From an uncultured Nitrososphaerota archaeon (GTDB lineage Archaea; Thermoproteota; Nitrososphaeria; Nitrososphaerales; Nitrosopumilaceae): a stretch of 64,000 nt of DNA. The stretch lies in the NCBI GenBank assembly GCA_963701075.1, contig OY969559.1:1152001-1216000 (forward strand), read 5' to 3'. Shown one piece after another: positions 62,983 through 64,000 of this stretch. The notes under the pieces were generated by a model, which did not search any database, had not been told where the DNA came from, and saw only the letters and a list, made by a program, of their open reading frames with translations. Within the stretch, counting starts at the first letter, position 1, and every line of letters begins with the position of its first letter. The position numbers and the translations under genes are program-made.

Positions 62983-64000
62983 CTAGAGCCCTATGCTGTT
63001 TATTGCAGCACCGGAATTTGCGTCGATGACCAAGACTATCTTTTTTCCTTTGTGGTCATATTTTGCAAACCAGATTGGAGCATGCAAAAGTTCACCGCTT
63101 GATACCTCTTCCTGAGTGTTTATTTGTTGTATCATGTGATACTGAGAGTGTGCCTTCTTTGATTGCAGTTGGTCTGCTATACCTTTAGCTTGGTTTTTTG
63201 CCCCGTCCTCGTTGATATCACCGTTTAGAACTTTGACTGATTTTGGAATCTTTTTGGAATCAAAATCAATCCTTCCATCCAGCGCAAATTCATAACCTTG
63301 AGGTTGGTACATTGTCAATGCTTTGAGTGCAATTACAGGGCAGTTGTAGTTTGCATCAATTGTGTATGCCCTTTTTGTATTTGAACCACCTCCCATCATT
63401 CCACTGCCACCTAACATACTTCCCATTAGCATGCCATCCATCATGCCTCCGCCGAAGTTTCCGCCTCCTCTCTGCGAACCAAATCCTCCTCCGCCCATGG
63501 CTCCACCCATGACTCCAAACAAAGCAGCTGTTGTAGCTATGCTTCCTACTTCTGCTGCAACATCTATTGCAACAAGATTAGTTCGTGCGGTAACTGGAAT
63601 TATCCAATAAGGAACCATTGTCAAGTTAAGTTCTTCCAACGTTGAAGTTTCCTGCAAATGTCTGTGAAGCAGGCCCTTGTCCATCATCTTGTGGAGCCTA
63701 CTTGTAATGTCATCCTTGTCGGTTATGGTAATTGGAAGCATAGTGTGCTTTGCAATGTTTTTCCAACCTGAATTTTCCAAAGTTACACTACTGCCGCAAT
63801 ATTCGCATGTTATGACCATCTCGCCAAATTTTGGAGCAATTGGTGCGCCACAACTTGGGCATTTGATCTCTTTTACCATCTCTTGAGTTTGACTTGTAGT
63901 TACCTGAGCAGGTTGGGTTGTTTGAGGTGCTTGAGGTGTTTGAGGCTGTTGCTTTGCACCGCACTTCATGCAAAAAGTTGCGTCATCTGGAAGTTGTGTG
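62983..64000 (-). CDS. Zinc-ribbon protein with Q/P- and Gly/Met-rich segments (5' end outside the window)
   Basis: FCMKCG, CPSCGA..CEYCG. Confidence 0.75.
   Translation of the reverse strand, partial: TQLPDDATFCMKCGAKQQPQTPQAPQTTQPAQVTTSQTQEMVKEIKCPSCGAPIAPKFGEMVITCEYCGSSVTLENSGWKNIAKHTMLPITITDKDDITSRLHKMMDKGLLHRHLQETSTLEELNLTMVPYWIIPVTARTNLVAIDVAAEVGSIATTAALFGVMGGAMGGGGFGSQRGGGNFGGGMMDGMLMGSMLGGSGMMGGGSNTKRAYTIDANYNCPVIALKALTMYQPQGYEFALDGRIDFDSKKIPKSVKVLNGDINEDGAKNQAKGIADQLQSKKAHSQYHMIQQINTQEEVSSGELLHAPIWFAKYDHKGKKIVLVIDANSGAAINSIGL

Overview
64 kb of an ammonia-oxidising archaeon (Nitrososphaerota, probably Nitrosopumilales/Nitrosotalea-like). This is inferred from the CdvB/CdvC locus, an extra TFB, a PEFG-CTERM protein and a cupredoxin. 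The core genes are sucC, ileS, cdvB-like/cdvC, carAB, tfb, purD, uppP, folD, purN and uvrBAC. They are interspersed with AT-rich accessory islands at about 26-33.7 kb and 40-49 kb. Three signals stand out. (1) carB carries a 20-nt insertion (11951-11970) that folds into a bulge-helix-bulge-type motif. Cutting it at the canonical archaeal splice positions exactly restores GEAGE/FDYSG in frame, so it is a candidate mRNA intron. (2) A tnpB with all three RuvC acidic residues lies inside a 1.29-kb element with 31-bp IS6-like terminal inverted repeats and an 8-bp target-site duplication, not IS200/IS605 ends. A ~430-bp derivative at 7764-8195 has its own TSD and keeps mainly the putative omegaRNA segment. 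(3) Most small reading-frame lesions fall at AGCT. They are probably methylation-linked long-read errors rather than true pseudogenes. Smaller findings include a repeated palindromic site at island borders, an AbiE-like pair with tandem operators and a cupredoxin with altered copper ligands.
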